From IMG/VR virus record IMGVR_UViG_2910596823_000004: 64,000 bases of DNA; one strand, 5' to 3'. Below are positions 1 to 9,965 of the stretch, in pieces. How positions within the stretch are numbered: the stretch's first letter is position 1; each line of letters opens with the position of its first letter. Origin of the DNA: a virus (lineage: Duplodnaviria; Heunggongvirae; Uroviricota; Caudoviricetes). Under the pieces are notes generated by a model. It saw nothing but the letters and a program-made list of their open reading frames with translations, was not told where the DNA came from and searched no databases. A program made the translations under genes and the position numbers.

Positions 1-1172
1 TTTTGTCACCAGCAGACTGTTAACGCGCTGGAAGTCGTACATCTTCGCTGCGCCCGAAGAGTTATCGATGCCCTGTGCGTTATCCTGCTTGGTTCGCTCA
101 CCTGCCACACCAACGGAATGGTAGATCTCGTTAATCACCGTCTTAATCGTGGTGATAATCATCTGGGCCTGTTTCGGGTCCGGAGACAGGTAGAATGGCT
201 GATTACCGCTCTCAGAGTCGAAGGTGAAGACGCGCTTTGTCCCCATTTCAAGCACTTTGGTGTGGTTTTCATCGCCCGGCAGCAATGACTGAACCGGGAT
301 CGCCAGCTGGCTGAATGTCTGATCCTGAATAATCGCGTCAAGGTTCGACAGGTAGTTGGCCACGGCGCGATCAAGATAGGCAATATCGTCAATCAACGAC
401 GGGCTGAAATACGGAGACTCGCTTTCACCAATGCAATCCACCGGGAACACCGGCACCACGCCCAGATTATGCTGGCCGCTATCCTCCAGAACGACTTTGG
501 CCTGACGGCGACCGCTATTTCCGGAACCCTTCTTCACTTCTTCACGGAACAGATACCACTCGTTTTGCGTCCACAGACGGTAACGCTGGTATTCCTGCCC
601 GGTTGAAGTGAACGGATCTTCGTCGTCGCGCGCGATTTCAACAATCAGCGCCCACAACATATTGCCGTCTTCATCCCAGGCAACATCAAGCAGCTGCTGC
701 GGCGAAATCCAGTAAGCGTAGGCACGCGCATCATTTTTCTTCTCGTCTGCAACAGACTCAACATCGACGTTCATCGTGCTATCCACGACAACCCAGATAC
801 GGCCATAAATGGATGATTGCAGATCGATAGCCGCCATAAACGCATCGATGGAGGCGTTCTGGCGCGTGGCTCGCTTCCAGAAATTGCGGATCTGCTCCGG
901 TGCTTCATCAGTGTTGCGGTGAATGACCTCTTTGAAGAGGTATTTGTTGATGAGGTTTACCACTTCGCGCGTATGGTTGAAGCGATAAGCGCGTTCCAGG
1001 CGCTCTTTGAACTCCTGATCGCCCTCTTTGAAGTAACGGAAGATATTGTCGTTGAACCAGGCACGCCCGCCAGCGTAGGTGCTGGCGAGGAAGTCCCAAT
1101 GTTCTTTTTTCTTCTCATATTCAGGGTGGCGTCGTGCCACAAGGTCTTTGATTTGCTTGTCAGTCAATTCCA
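1..1172 (-). CDS. Portal protein, partial. The ORF runs off the window start, so the C-terminus is missing.
   Basis: I translated the minus strand by hand. An ATG at 1170-1172 opens an uninterrupted frame to position 1 (MELTDKQIKDLVARRHPEYEKK...). It lies directly downstream of terminase large subunit, the canonical portal position. It is not in the ORF track because it is truncated by the window edge. Confidence 0.5.
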
Positions 1173-1206
1173 TTTGATTTCCCTTTCCACTTAGGTAAGT
1201 ACTTAC

Positions 1207-2463
1207 CTATCTAGATCCACCAAGAATAACACGATTTTTCACCGGATACCTACGATGAACCGGATAACCCAACGCATCCGCACTGTGTTCGATGCCGCCA
1301 GTCTTATCCATATCGCGTGAGCCTGGCTTGTAGATCACCTTCTCCAGCGAGTCGATGAGGTGTTTGCACTTCGGATCGATGTACAACCGGGTTTCGCCCG
1401 AGGCACTCATCAACATGCGGTTCACTGCGTTAACACGGTCTGCGATCGGCGGGTGCTTCTTCGGATAATCGACTCGAAGGAAACCTTTTTCCTTGAAGAT
1501 ATCGACGTCCGATTCGCCGCGTGCGTGCTGGCGATACGCACCTGCCGGGTCAGGGAAGATAGTGACCTGAGACTTCCAACGCCAGAAACGGCGCTCCAGC
1601 TCATCACACACTTCAGCCGTGTTGGAAGAGAACAGCACAACCTCGTCCACGGCCCACAACTCGCCATTTGGCTGCGGCTGCAGGATGACCGATGACATAG
1701 GGTCGATGTTGAAGTCCTGACCAACCCAGATCGGCAGTTTCGGATTGAACTGGAGTGGCTTCACATGCACATTGCGGTCGAACGGGTAGTAAACGCGTCC
1801 GGACATGTTTTCGAAGCTGGCCAGGTATTCCTGTGCGAACGATTTAGGGTCCATATCGTTCTTCGCTGCTTCGATTTCCGCGCTCGGTACGAACGGAGAA
1901 TCGGCCGTAACGAACTGCCAGCTCTTCCACTGCCCCTTGCGTTGCAAATCTTTGTTCTGACCGATAGTCCACAGCTTGTGGAACTCGGAGAAGCCTTTTG
2001 GCGTACCGATGATCAGCGCACCGCCACGGGTGGAGGACAGTGTCGGACGCAGTACCTTGTACCAGGTGTCAGGCTTCATATCCTGAAATTCATCGAGCAC
2101 CACAAAGTGCAGTGCCACACCACGAAGCGTATCGGGCTTATCCGCACCTTTCAGCGCGATTTCAGAGCCGTTCTTCAGCACGATGGTCATCGTGGTGTCG
2201 TTTTTCTTACGAACCCATTTACGCGGCAGAACTTCCTGCAGGTCATCCCACAAGATCTGGCGAGCCATCTGGTAAGTCGGTGCGACGTACCAGACACGTT
2301 GCTTCTTCTCTTTGGCTGCCGCGCGGATGATGGTGGAGATCGACAACCGGGATTTACCCCAGCGTCGACCCGCACACACCACTTTGAAACGATGTGGCGA
2401 CTGGAAGACTTGCATCTGCCCAGAATGCAGCTGTACGAGACTCAGAGACGACGGGATGGCCAT
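1207..2463 (-). CDS. terL: Terminase large subunit (TerL)
   Basis: 418 aa. It has an N-terminal Walker A (VVCAGRRWGKS) typical of terminase ATPase, a packaging-module position between the putative TerS and portal, and a 3-nt gap to the upstream gene. Confidence 0.75.
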   Translation of the reverse strand: MAIPSSLSLVQLHSGQMQVFQSPHRFKVVCAGRRWGKSRLSISTIIRAAAKEKKQRVWYVAPTYQMARQILWDDLQEVLPRKWVRKKNDTTMTIVLKNGSEIALKGADKPDTLRGVALHFVVLDEFQDMKPDTWYKVLRPTLSSTRGGALIIGTPKGFSEFHKLWTIGQNKDLQRKGQWKSWQFVTADSPFVPSAEIEAAKNDMDPKSFAQEYLASFENMSGRVYYPFDRNVHVKPLQFNPKLPIWVGQDFNIDPMSSVILQPQPNGELWAVDEVVLFSSNTAEVCDELERRFWRWKSQVTIFPDPAGAYRQHARGESDVDIFKEKGFLRVDYPKKHPPIADRVNAVNRMLMSASGETRLYIDPKCKHLIDSLEKVIYKPGSRDMDKTGGIEHSADALGYPVHRRYPVKNRVILGGSR

Positions 2464-2465
2464 AG

Positions 2466-3107
2466 TTAGACGCTCCCATCACTTTCATCACCAGACGCGT
2501 CAGAATCGCCCTCAGCTTCGCTCAGTGCTTCCTCTTCGAGTGACTCAAGCAGATCGTCATCAATCAGATCCGGCTCATCATCTTCCTTACGCAGCTGCGC
2601 CACCTGGGAAGGCGTAAGTTCGCCAAATACCAGGTTCGGGATTTCGTCGTCCTCGTTCTCCACGCGATCCATACCGAGCGCTTTCGACGATATTTCGAAG
2701 CACTTAGCGAGTGTGCCGCTGGCACGCTGGAGACTCTTCAGGTCATCTTCGATGGCTGCCAGTGGCCTGCCGTCCTTCTTGGCTGTGGCCACCTCATGCA
2801 TCACCATACGACCGAGTGCGAACGCCCAATCGTCGTAACGAGTCCGGCGCTCTTCGATTTTCTCTGCACGCGCCTTCGCACGCAGCTCTGCGTCGGATTT
2901 GAGCGACTCGCGCACCATCTTCCCAACGGAGTCCGCGCCTTTCTCTAATCCACGCTTTTTGAAATGTCTGGAGAGCGTTTCACGACGAATGCCGTACTCT
3001 TCCTCCAGCTTGGAGAGTGTGTATTCGCCGGAAGTCCACTTCGCTTCGGCTTCTGCCCACTCAGCTGGTGTCAGGCGAGTTTTGCTCTCGTCTTTTTCTA
3101 CAGTCAT
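2466..3107 (-). CDS. Putative terminase small subunit / DNA-binding packaging protein
   Basis: 213 aa, immediately upstream of and coupled to TerL. It has an HTH-like N-terminus and a very acidic C-terminal tail. The assignment is by position only. Confidence 0.45.
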   Translation of the reverse strand: MTVEKDESKTRLTPAEWAEAEAKWTSGEYTLSKLEEEYGIRRETLSRHFKKRGLEKGADSVGKMVRESLKSDAELRAKARAEKIEERRTRYDDWAFALGRMVMHEVATAKKDGRPLAAIEDDLKSLQRASGTLAKCFEISSKALGMDRVENEDDEIPNLVFGELTPSQVAQLRKEDDEPDLIDDDLLESLEEEALSEAEGDSDASGDESDGSV

Positions 3108-3302
3108 AGATCCCTCTAAAACACTCAGAGCGCATCCTTGCGCTCCTAAACAACTTGTTTAATTCAGTGCCTAACCAATTTGTTTTCTGGGTGTTTAAAA
3201 CCGGGCTGGGAAGTATTCAGAACCTGCTTCCGTATATATTTAATAAGTCACTTAGTATTTATATATACGGAAGCAGGCTCTCAAACTGGCTCCCAGACCG
3301 AC

Positions 3303-3569
3303 TTACATCACCAGTAATTTGGCTCTGGCACGACCTAACGTGGTCAGTCCCAGCGTGCGACGGTGGTAGCCGGAATCACCGCGCTGGCGGCACATTCCTT
3401 TCTCCACCAGCCCCTTTTTCACCAGTGCGCGGATAGAGAACTGCATACTCTGTTTGGTCGTTTTGTACGGCAGCACTTCAAGCAGCTCGTCCAGATCGAG
3501 CAGATGCCCACGCTCATGGCCTAAATTGATGGTTTTGATGATGTCTTTTTGTTTGTCGGTCAACGTCAT
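3303..3569 (-). CDS. Hypothetical small protein (88 aa), possibly winged-helix
   Basis: ORF in the same operon direction. It is followed by an 80-bp hairpin element. Confidence 0.4.
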   Translation of the reverse strand: MTLTDKQKDIIKTINLGHERGHLLDLDELLEVLPYKTTKQSMQFSIRALVKKGLVEKGMCRQRGDSGYHRRTLGLTTLGRARAKLLVM

Positions 3570-3578
3570 GGCAAATCC

Positions 3579-4478
3579 TTATGCCGGTAATGCAATTTCA
3601 AGAGGTTTATTCAAAGGCTGTTTGTCGAATGCCAGCAGTGGCAGCGTGTCCGGCAGCTGACGACCAAAGTCCGGGTTTCGGTACACGCCATACAGCGGAG
3701 ACGTGAAGCTCAGGTTGTGAATGTCCTTGAGCAGCTTCACGATGCTGGCCTCGTCCACCAGGCTGTCGGCAATGTCCTGAATCGTCGTGCCACGATTACG
3801 CCCGGCTTTGGCCAGGGAACTGTTCTTGTGGTAGTCAGCGACCAGATCACGCAGCGCACGACGACGGCGAGACTCACTCATGGCGAACAGCTCTTTGACG
3901 ATCGCTTCGTTGTCGCCAGGGTCAGAACGGAAATGACGCTGGAAGACGCGCAACGCACTCTCATAGCTCTTCGGACGCTCCGGACGGATGAACTGGAACC
4001 CTGCTTTCATGGCGAACGGGTTGTATTTGCTCATCGACGACTGGATCTCGATGATTGGCCGGTCGTGCATCCTGCTAACCAGGTTAATCATTCGATAGGA
4101 GACGCCGACACCGCGGTACTGAGTGTCAACAACGGAACGGCTGATCACGGCAAAGTTGTTGTTCACGTACCGGCCCCAATACTGGTTGGCCACGGTGGTA
4201 TTGGTGGTTGGCTTCAGCTTAGGAAACATGCGATGGCGAGGCGCCAGCAGCAGTTTCGGGTAAGCCATAACCACGACGCCCACCAGCCGGTCGTCCAGTT
4301 CGCAGCGATAATACGTTGGCGCGAACGGCTTACCATCCGTCTTGTAGTGCAGCGACTTCAGCGCGTGCCAGTCTTCAACCGTGCCTTTGGTAACGGTCAT
4401 ACGCTCCAGAAAGTCCAGATGACGCGGGAACTCTTCCGGGCGGTAGCGTTTGATGATGATGCCTGTCATGTCGATCAC
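3579..4478 (-). CDS. Hypothetical protein (299 aa). The central segment VVDTQYRGVGVSYRMINLV looks like GNAT motif A.
   Basis: Long ORF, tightly packed with its neighbours. Confidence 0.45.
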   Translation of the reverse strand: MIDMTGIIIKRYRPEEFPRHLDFLERMTVTKGTVEDWHALKSLHYKTDGKPFAPTYYRCELDDRLVGVVVMAYPKLLLAPRHRMFPKLKPTTNTTVANQYWGRYVNNNFAVISRSVVDTQYRGVGVSYRMINLVSRMHDRPIIEIQSSMSKYNPFAMKAGFQFIRPERPKSYESALRVFQRHFRSDPGDNEAIVKELFAMSESRRRRALRDLVADYHKNSSLAKAGRNRGTTIQDIADSLVDEASIVKLLKDIHNLSFTSPLYGVYRNPDFGRQLPDTLPLLAFDKQPLNKPLEIALPA

Positions 4479-4729
4479 CTACGCTCGATATTGGCATTGA
4501 TGAAGTCCAGGCGAAGCGATTCCATCGCCCCAACCATGACGTATGGACGCCCACCGTTATGCCAGCAATCCAGCACACTGCCGTCGTTGTTGATCATCAG
4601 CAGTGCCAGGCTCTGGCTTTTGCCTTCTCTGGCGTACTGGAGTGCTTCTTCCAGCAGGCGGATGACTTCAACGTTGTTGTTGTCAGCCTCTTTCGATGGC
4701 TTCAGCTCTACGATCTTCAAATCAGGCAT
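4475..4729 (-). CDS. Hypothetical protein (84 aa)
   Basis: ORF overlapping its neighbours by 4 nt and 8 nt (operon coupling). Confidence 0.4.
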   Translation of the reverse strand: MPDLKIVELKPSKEADNNNVEVIRLLEEALQYAREGKSQSLALLMINNDGSVLDCWHNGGRPYVMVGAMESLRLDFINANIERR

Positions 4730-5360
4730 ATTCCACCTTCACGCGTTCTTTGTAGTGCTTGGTGATCTGCATATCCGGGCGCAGCGCGTTCTTCAGGTCT
4801 TCGTGGGTCGTCGCCACCATTACCGTCGCACCAACCTTACGGGCGGCACGCTGGAGGTTCGACGCCACAACCTGGGCGGTTACACGGTCGAGAACAGCGC
4901 CAAATTCGTCGGCAGCCCAGACTTTCGCGCCGGACTCGATCAGCTTGGCGATCTTGAGACGGTATTTCTGGCCGTCAGACATCTCGGATGGCTTACGCAC
5001 AAAGAGATAGGCGTCGTTCAATCCGGCCATAGACAGCAGCCCCAGCGCTTCGCTGGTGGTTTTGCCCAGCTGGTCAATGACGTTAACCTCATTGTCGAAG
5101 GCAAAGTCATCGATGGAGGCTACAGAAAGCCCTTCATCCTTCATCTGGCGTTGCAGCTCGCGCAGCACAACGGATTTACCGGAACCGGATTGGCCGGTGA
5201 TGTACACCACGTCGCCCTGCTTCACTTCCAGCTCCAGATTGTCGTAAAGCGTCCACTCTTTTTCGTCCAGACCAAGACCGAACGATTCGGCAATCTCCAG
5301 CGTGCGCGTGGTTTTGTTCACGCGGGTCTGAAACGATACGTTGATGGTGTATTTGCTCAT
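4722..5360 (-). CDS. Minimal ABC-type ATPase
   Basis: Walker A GQSGSGKS, ABC signature MSDGQKYRL, Walker B VWAADEF, H-loop TTHE. Its start overlaps the upstream ParB-like gene (ATGA). Confidence 0.6.
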   Translation of the reverse strand: MSKYTINVSFQTRVNKTTRTLEIAESFGLGLDEKEWTLYDNLELEVKQGDVVYITGQSGSGKSVVLRELQRQMKDEGLSVASIDDFAFDNEVNVIDQLGKTTSEALGLLSMAGLNDAYLFVRKPSEMSDGQKYRLKIAKLIESGAKVWAADEFGAVLDRVTAQVVASNLQRAARKVGATVMVATTHEDLKNALRPDMQITKHYKERVKVEYA

Positions 5361-6058
5361 GCGGCCAGCTCCCCAGAAGAAACTTTCTCCGCATACGCCA
5401 CGAAAGCGTCTACCCCGCTCTCTCCCGTGATTTCTTCCATGTGGGCAAGCAAATCCCCAACCACAATGGCAGAGCCAGCAGGGAGCGTTTTAAAACCCAA
5501 TACGTCGATGACGCGGACTTCTTCAGCGGCCACTTCGCGACTGATCTCGGTGTGCTCTTCTTTCTGGCGTTCCGTCTCTTCGCCCAGATCGAGCACCAGA
5601 GAGCCGGTTTCCATCTCTTCGGTCATGCTGCCGACAAGCACGTTCAGCTCGCGCTCTTCAAAACCGAAGACCTCGACGTCGCCCAGCACCAGGGATTCCA
5701 GTTCCTGCTGCAATTTGATGGCGTCGTAGTCAATACTGGCCAGGCGGTTGTCTTCCAGACGCTTCGCCTTCACTTCTTCTTCGCTCAGATCGTCGCGAAC
5801 GATGACCGGCACACGCTCCAGACCAGCCAGAAGTGCCGCCTCGCGACGACCGTGGCCAGTAATGATGACGTCGTGCTTGTCGACCGTGATCGGCTGGTCA
5901 AAACCGCGCTTTTTGATGGCGGCCGCCAGGTCGCGGATCTGCTGTTCGTCATGTTTTTTGGCGTTCATCTCATACGGGATAAGTTCTGCCGGGTTTCGAT
6001 AGACGATTTCAAAGTTTTTGGTCATTACATACGCTCCTTGTAGTAGTCGACCAGCCAC
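5357..6058 (-). CDS. ParB/Srx-like N-terminal domain protein
   Basis: ParB-NTD motifs (NPAELIPYEMNAK ... ITGHGRREAALLAG). The real start may be the internal ATG at 6025 (MTKNFEIV). Confidence 0.55.
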   Translation of the reverse strand: MAGRLLQGAYVMTKNFEIVYRNPAELIPYEMNAKKHDEQQIRDLAAAIKKRGFDQPITVDKHDVIITGHGRREAALLAGLERVPVIVRDDLSEEEVKAKRLEDNRLASIDYDAIKLQQELESLVLGDVEVFGFEERELNVLVGSMTEEMETGSLVLDLGEETERQKEEHTEISREVAAEEVRVIDVLGFKTLPAGSAIVVGDLLAHMEEITGESGVDAFVAYAEKVSSGELAA

Positions 6059-6723
6059 ACTAGGGCTTCCCCGGCGTTCTCAATTTCGTTACCGGTATTG
6101 ATCCCCTGCTCTTTGATGATGGTTTTGATGGTGTCGGCGACGCGATCTGACGCATCAAACGTCACCTTAAAGCGCATCGTCTGGTGTTCAGCGCCGACTC
6201 GCTCGGTTTTCTCGCGTTTGTCATCATCGACCGGCTCGTCATCGCCACGGGAGAGTGCTTCCAGCGCCTCAAGATCGATAACGGACGCTTTGGCGAGTGT
6301 TGCCGCCATCTCGTCGTCATACGGGGCGATATCGGACAACCGGTAGTCGATTTCAGACTGGATTTCTTCGATTAAGCGCTGCAAAGCGACCTGATCGTCT
6401 TCGCCGTAGCGCTCGTTATCGACGAGGGACATCTGCTTGGCCACCAGGTCGTTAATTTTGCCCACGGAGATGACGGGAACCGTTGAAATGCCCTGCTCCA
6501 TCGCGGCACGCCAGCGGTGTTCGCCACCGAGGATCTCAAAAATGCCCCCGTCCAGCTCCCGCGCCAGAATTGGCTTAAAAAAGCCCAATTTTTCGATAGA
6601 GCCTTTCAGTTTTTCGAAGTTTTGCGCTCCAACGGAGTTGGTATTCCAGGGATTCGGACGCAGGTTCGCGACTTCCACCTGCAGAATCGTAATTTTCACA
6701 TCCATAATTCTGATACAATCCAT
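6025..6723 (-). CDS. ParB/Srx-like N-terminal domain protein (second copy)
   Basis: LRPNPWNTNSV ... ILGGEHRWRAAMEQGISTVPVI, which resembles the ParB GERRxRA box. Confidence 0.55.
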   Translation of the reverse strand: MDCIRIMDVKITILQVEVANLRPNPWNTNSVGAQNFEKLKGSIEKLGFFKPILARELDGGIFEILGGEHRWRAAMEQGISTVPVISVGKINDLVAKQMSLVDNERYGEDDQVALQRLIEEIQSEIDYRLSDIAPYDDEMAATLAKASVIDLEALEALSRGDDEPVDDDKREKTERVGAEHQTMRFKVTFDASDRVADTIKTIIKEQGINTGNEIENAGEALVWLVDYYKERM

Positions 6724-6787
6724 TGTATAAGTACTTACTTACTATAATAGCCAATTACCATACAAAAGGCACGAAGGAAAGAGGTTT

Positions 6788-8347
6788 ATGACAGTTCGGA
6801 TTGTATCGAATGCAGTCAATGCGCTGATTTCTGGCGCTGATGACAACGTGAAACGGCTCGTTCAGGAGATGTTGAGCTATGAAGTGGAGGCTGGTGACTG
6901 GAAAGGAACCAGCACGATGTTCAACTGGAGCAAAAACGCGTTCCCGGCTGGGTTTGCGAAACCAGTTGCAGCCAACCTTCTGAAAGCTGGCATCAAATGC
7001 GTGCATGTGCGCAAGGAAAAAGCCCCCGCGCTGGGCAAGCCGAACCCGGTAGTTAACCCATTCCCGTATAACCCGGACTATGCGTATCAGGATCAGACAG
7101 TGGAAACACTGGTGCGCGAAGGGATGATGATTGCCCAGATTGCGACGGGTGGCGGTAAATCGAACGTAGCGTGTAAGGCAGCTGCTCGCATTGGTCGTAT
7201 GACGCTGTTTTTAACCACGCGATCGGTTCTGATGTTCCAGATGGCAGAGAACTTCCAGAAATCCATCGACTACCGCGCGGAGAATGGCGAGCCGTGGCTG
7301 AAAGGTCAGAAAGTTGGGGTGATTGGATCGGGTGAGTTCCAGGTCTCGCGCCATATCAACGTTGCCACGGTGCAGACCCTGGCCAGTTTTCTCGAAGAGC
7401 CACCGCGCGACGCATCACCGGAGAAAAAACAGTACCACCTGAAGCGCCGGGAACTGGTTAAGCGCTTTCTGTCCAGCGTTTCTCTGCTGATTCTGGAAGA
7501 GGCACACGAATCATCTGGTTCTAACTTCTACGACATCGCCCGGTTGTGCATCAATGCTGACTACCGTCTGGCGCTGACAGCAACGCCGTTCATGAAGGAC
7601 TCGACTGAAGCAAATATGCGTCTCATGGCCGTTGCTGGTCGCATTGAGATAAAGGTCACGGAGAAATATTTGATCGATCGAGGTATTTTAGCCAAACCCT
7701 ACTTTCTATATCATAAAATCGCGTACACTCCAGACGAGGTGCGGATTAGAGCCGAACTTGCTTCAAAACACCTGAATTTTCGGGTTGGAATGAGTACGGC
7801 TTACCAGAAAGCCTATCAGTTAGGCATCGTTTATAATCTGGGACGCAACGAAGCTATTGTGCGTGAAGCGTTAATGTACAAGAGCCACGGTCTGAACTGT
7901 ATGACGTTGGTTCGCCTGAAGCGTCATGGTCAGATCTTGATGGAAATGATGAAAGAGAGCGGCCTGAAGGTCGATTTCATCTACGGAGAATCAAACCAGA
8001 CTACCCGACAAGCAAAGCTCAACAGTCTGGCGGCAGGCAAGATAGATGTTCTGATTGGTTCAACCATTCTGGATGTTGGTGTCGACGTTCCAAGCGTAGG
8101 GGCGGTGATTCTGGGTGGCGGCGGCAAAGCCGAAGTTGAGATGCGCCAACGTGTTGGTCGCGGTCTTCGAGCCAAAAAGAATCAGGCTAACGTGTGCTTT
8201 ATTACCGACTTCATTGACGTGAGCAATAAATACCTCATGTCGCATTCATATGAGCGGAAGCACATTATCGACACGACGCCTGGATTTGCCGAGGGAGTAT
8301 TGCCGGTGGGTAGCACATTCGATTTCACTGTTTTGAATAGAGAGTAA
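6788..8347 (+). CDS. SF2 DEAD/DEAH-box helicase (UvsW-like role possible)
   Basis: Walker A IATGGGKS, DEAH box LILEEAHE, and a C-terminal helicase domain (GSTILDVGVDVP ... QRVGRGLR). Confidence 0.7.
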   Translation: MTVRIVSNAVNALISGADDNVKRLVQEMLSYEVEAGDWKGTSTMFNWSKNAFPAGFAKPVAANLLKAGIKCVHVRKEKAPALGKPNPVVNPFPYNPDYAYQDQTVETLVREGMMIAQIATGGGKSNVACKAAARIGRMTLFLTTRSVLMFQMAENFQKSIDYRAENGEPWLKGQKVGVIGSGEFQVSRHINVATVQTLASFLEEPPRDASPEKKQYHLKRRELVKRFLSSVSLLILEEAHESSGSNFYDIARLCINADYRLALTATPFMKDSTEANMRLMAVAGRIEIKVTEKYLIDRGILAKPYFLYHKIAYTPDEVRIRAELASKHLNFRVGMSTAYQKAYQLGIVYNLGRNEAIVREALMYKSHGLNCMTLVRLKRHGQILMEMMKESGLKVDFIYGESNQTTRQAKLNSLAAGKIDVLIGSTILDVGVDVPSVGAVILGGGGKAEVEMRQRVGRGLRAKKNQANVCFITDFIDVSNKYLMSHSYERKHIIDTTPGFAEGVLPVGSTFDFTVLNRE

Positions 8348-8349
8348 GC

Positions 8350-8628
8350 ATGAGCGAGAAACGCGCTATACACTGCCAGGTTCAGTTAACCGAAAAAGCA
8401 AACGACAAGCTGGAAACCTTTCAGAATCGACTGCGTGAACGCAACATAAAACTGTCAAAGGCAGACATCATTAATCTGGTGCTGTCCAACATGACGATGG
8501 CTGATTTTGATAAGGCAGCTACATCATTAGAGGCTTCAGCCAAAGCTCGCGAAAAGGTCATGAAGATTTACGAAAACTCGGGTATGACCAAAGAAGATCT
8601 GGCCGATATTCTAAAACGCCTCGATTGA
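8350..8628 (+). CDS. Hypothetical protein (92 aa)
   Basis: Coupled 3 nt after the helicase stop. Followed by the terminator at 8631-8660. Confidence 0.45.
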   Translation: MSEKRAIHCQVQLTEKANDKLETFQNRLRERNIKLSKADIINLVLSNMTMADFDKAATSLEASAKAREKVMKIYENSGMTKEDLADILKRLD

Positions 8629-8630
8629 GT

Positions 8631-8660
8631 ATCATGGCGCCTTGAGGCGCCATGATTTTT
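8631..8660 (+). terminator. Rho-independent terminator
   Basis: Hairpin atcatggcgcc-ttga-ggcgccatgat followed by TTTTT. Confidence 0.6.
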
Positions 8661-8676
8661 CGTAAAGATAAGGATT

Positions 8677-9111
8677 TTGTTCGGTACAATGAAACACGCA
8701 TTACTTCCTCTGATTGCTACCTCCGCGTTACTTATCACTGCATGTCAATCTCGTCCTGTTTCTGTCTCTGATGCAAAGCCAGCACCGCAGGCCAGAATAT
8801 TCAAATACCAATCTCCAGCGGCATCTACGCTGGTGGTACTGAGGGATAAAAGCATGGTGGGCGCAGGTTGCGACGCATCGATCTTCATCAATGGCGAAAC
8901 CGTTGCCAAACTTGAGACAGGTGAAAAAGTCACTTTTCATCTGGATGCCGGAGAATGGATTGTTGGCGCTTCACTGGAAGGCGCCGGGCTGTGCGCACTG
9001 AACCCTGCTCGTCAGGAACGCGAGACGATCACCAAAGCTGGCGAGACGAAAGTCTTCCGGGTGTTCACCAGCAACGCAGGTGACATCGATATCCTACCAA
9101 CGACACTGTGA
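8677..9111 (+). CDS. Putative lipoprotein
   Basis: Signal peptide with lipobox LITAC. Start may be 8689 (MKHALL). Confidence 0.5.
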   Translation: MFGTMKHALLPLIATSALLITACQSRPVSVSDAKPAPQARIFKYQSPAASTLVVLRDKSMVGAGCDASIFINGETVAKLETGEKVTFHLDAGEWIVGASLEGAGLCALNPARQERETITKAGETKVFRVFTSNAGDIDILPTTL

Positions 9112-9116
9112 CGATA

Positions 9117-9643
9117 TGACGAATATTACTGACATCACCTACGGGATTCCTGCAGAAGTCTGGCCGCGAGATTACACCAACGTGGAGAAGGCGCTGATGT
9201 TCTGGCGTAAGTCTCTCATTCCTGTAAGGGTCACGATGGAAGATGGTCAGGTGTTCTGCATGTACGTTCAGGGTCTCATGTCGTCGCGCAACAAAGTCGA
9301 CCTTTGCCCTGCCCCGTTCGACAAAGAAAATCGTATAAGGCTCCCACTTGAGCGAATCAGCACGATTGAATCAGGTGTGACAGAAGGCATTGCGCACGAT
9401 TTCACGGGTCGGACAACGGTACACCCAGACTATGTGGAGAATCGGCCATCTCGCCGTGATTTCTTCAAAATTTGTCGCCAGGCTCATGAGATGCAGAAGT
9501 CTATAAGGGTCTACATGGCGGATGGCCGTGAAATTGAGGGTGTGTCTTCAGGCGTAGACGCTTGCCAGGTCACGCTCAACATGGGGGACGGTCGGAAGAC
9601 AGTCGTCATGTTCGATTGGGTCGAACGGATTTTACCGTTTTAA
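9117..9643 (+). CDS. Hypothetical protein
   Basis: ORF (MTNITDITYG...). The track start at 9080 overlaps the previous gene, so the ATG at 9117 is preferred. Confidence 0.45.
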
Positions 9644-9654
9644 ATCAATAAGGG

Positions 9655-9686
9655 TAATAACCGGCTAAGTCCGGTTATTATTTTAT
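9655..9686 (+). terminator. Rho-independent terminator
   Basis: taataaccgg-ctaagt-ccggttatta followed by TTTT. Confidence 0.6.
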
Positions 9687-9861
9687 GTGTCACTTCCCGT
9701 TATATTTATTTCCCCTAATCCCGATTCCGTTTTAAATATATAAGGGTGATTGACCGAATAGGAAATTTATTTAGGCAACACCTTCGAGAAAACGCGTTTT
9801 ATTTCTAAGACTTTGATTTTTATTGAAGAAAAATTTTTTCGTTCCCGCGTAAAAAACTCTT

Positions 9862-9891
9862 GATTTTAATTTCTGTATATCGATAATTAGT
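9862..9891 (+). promoter_or_regulatory. Candidate sigma70-like promoter for the AT-rich moron
   Basis: TTGATT, a 17-nt spacer, then GATAAT-like -10, in an AT-rich UP-like context. Weak inference. Confidence 0.3.
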
Positions 9892-9965
9892 CACATCGAA
9901 AGCGAACACGCTAACGATAAACAAATAACAAATTAAGTTATCAATATTACATAAGGATTAATATC

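Noticed and set aside
817-1194. 125-aa plus-strand ORF
   Set aside because: It lies antisense inside the portal-like minus-strand ORF that runs to the window edge.
3717-5729. 670-aa plus-strand ORF, and similar long ORFs at 21847..22593, 30859..31596, 39688..40149 and 59811..60848
   Set aside because: They lie antisense to minus-strand genes that have clear domain motifs (ABC ATPase, ParB-like, MTase, kinase, NrdA, DnaE). Their composition is low-complexity and Arg/Ser/Thr-rich. They are shadow ORFs.
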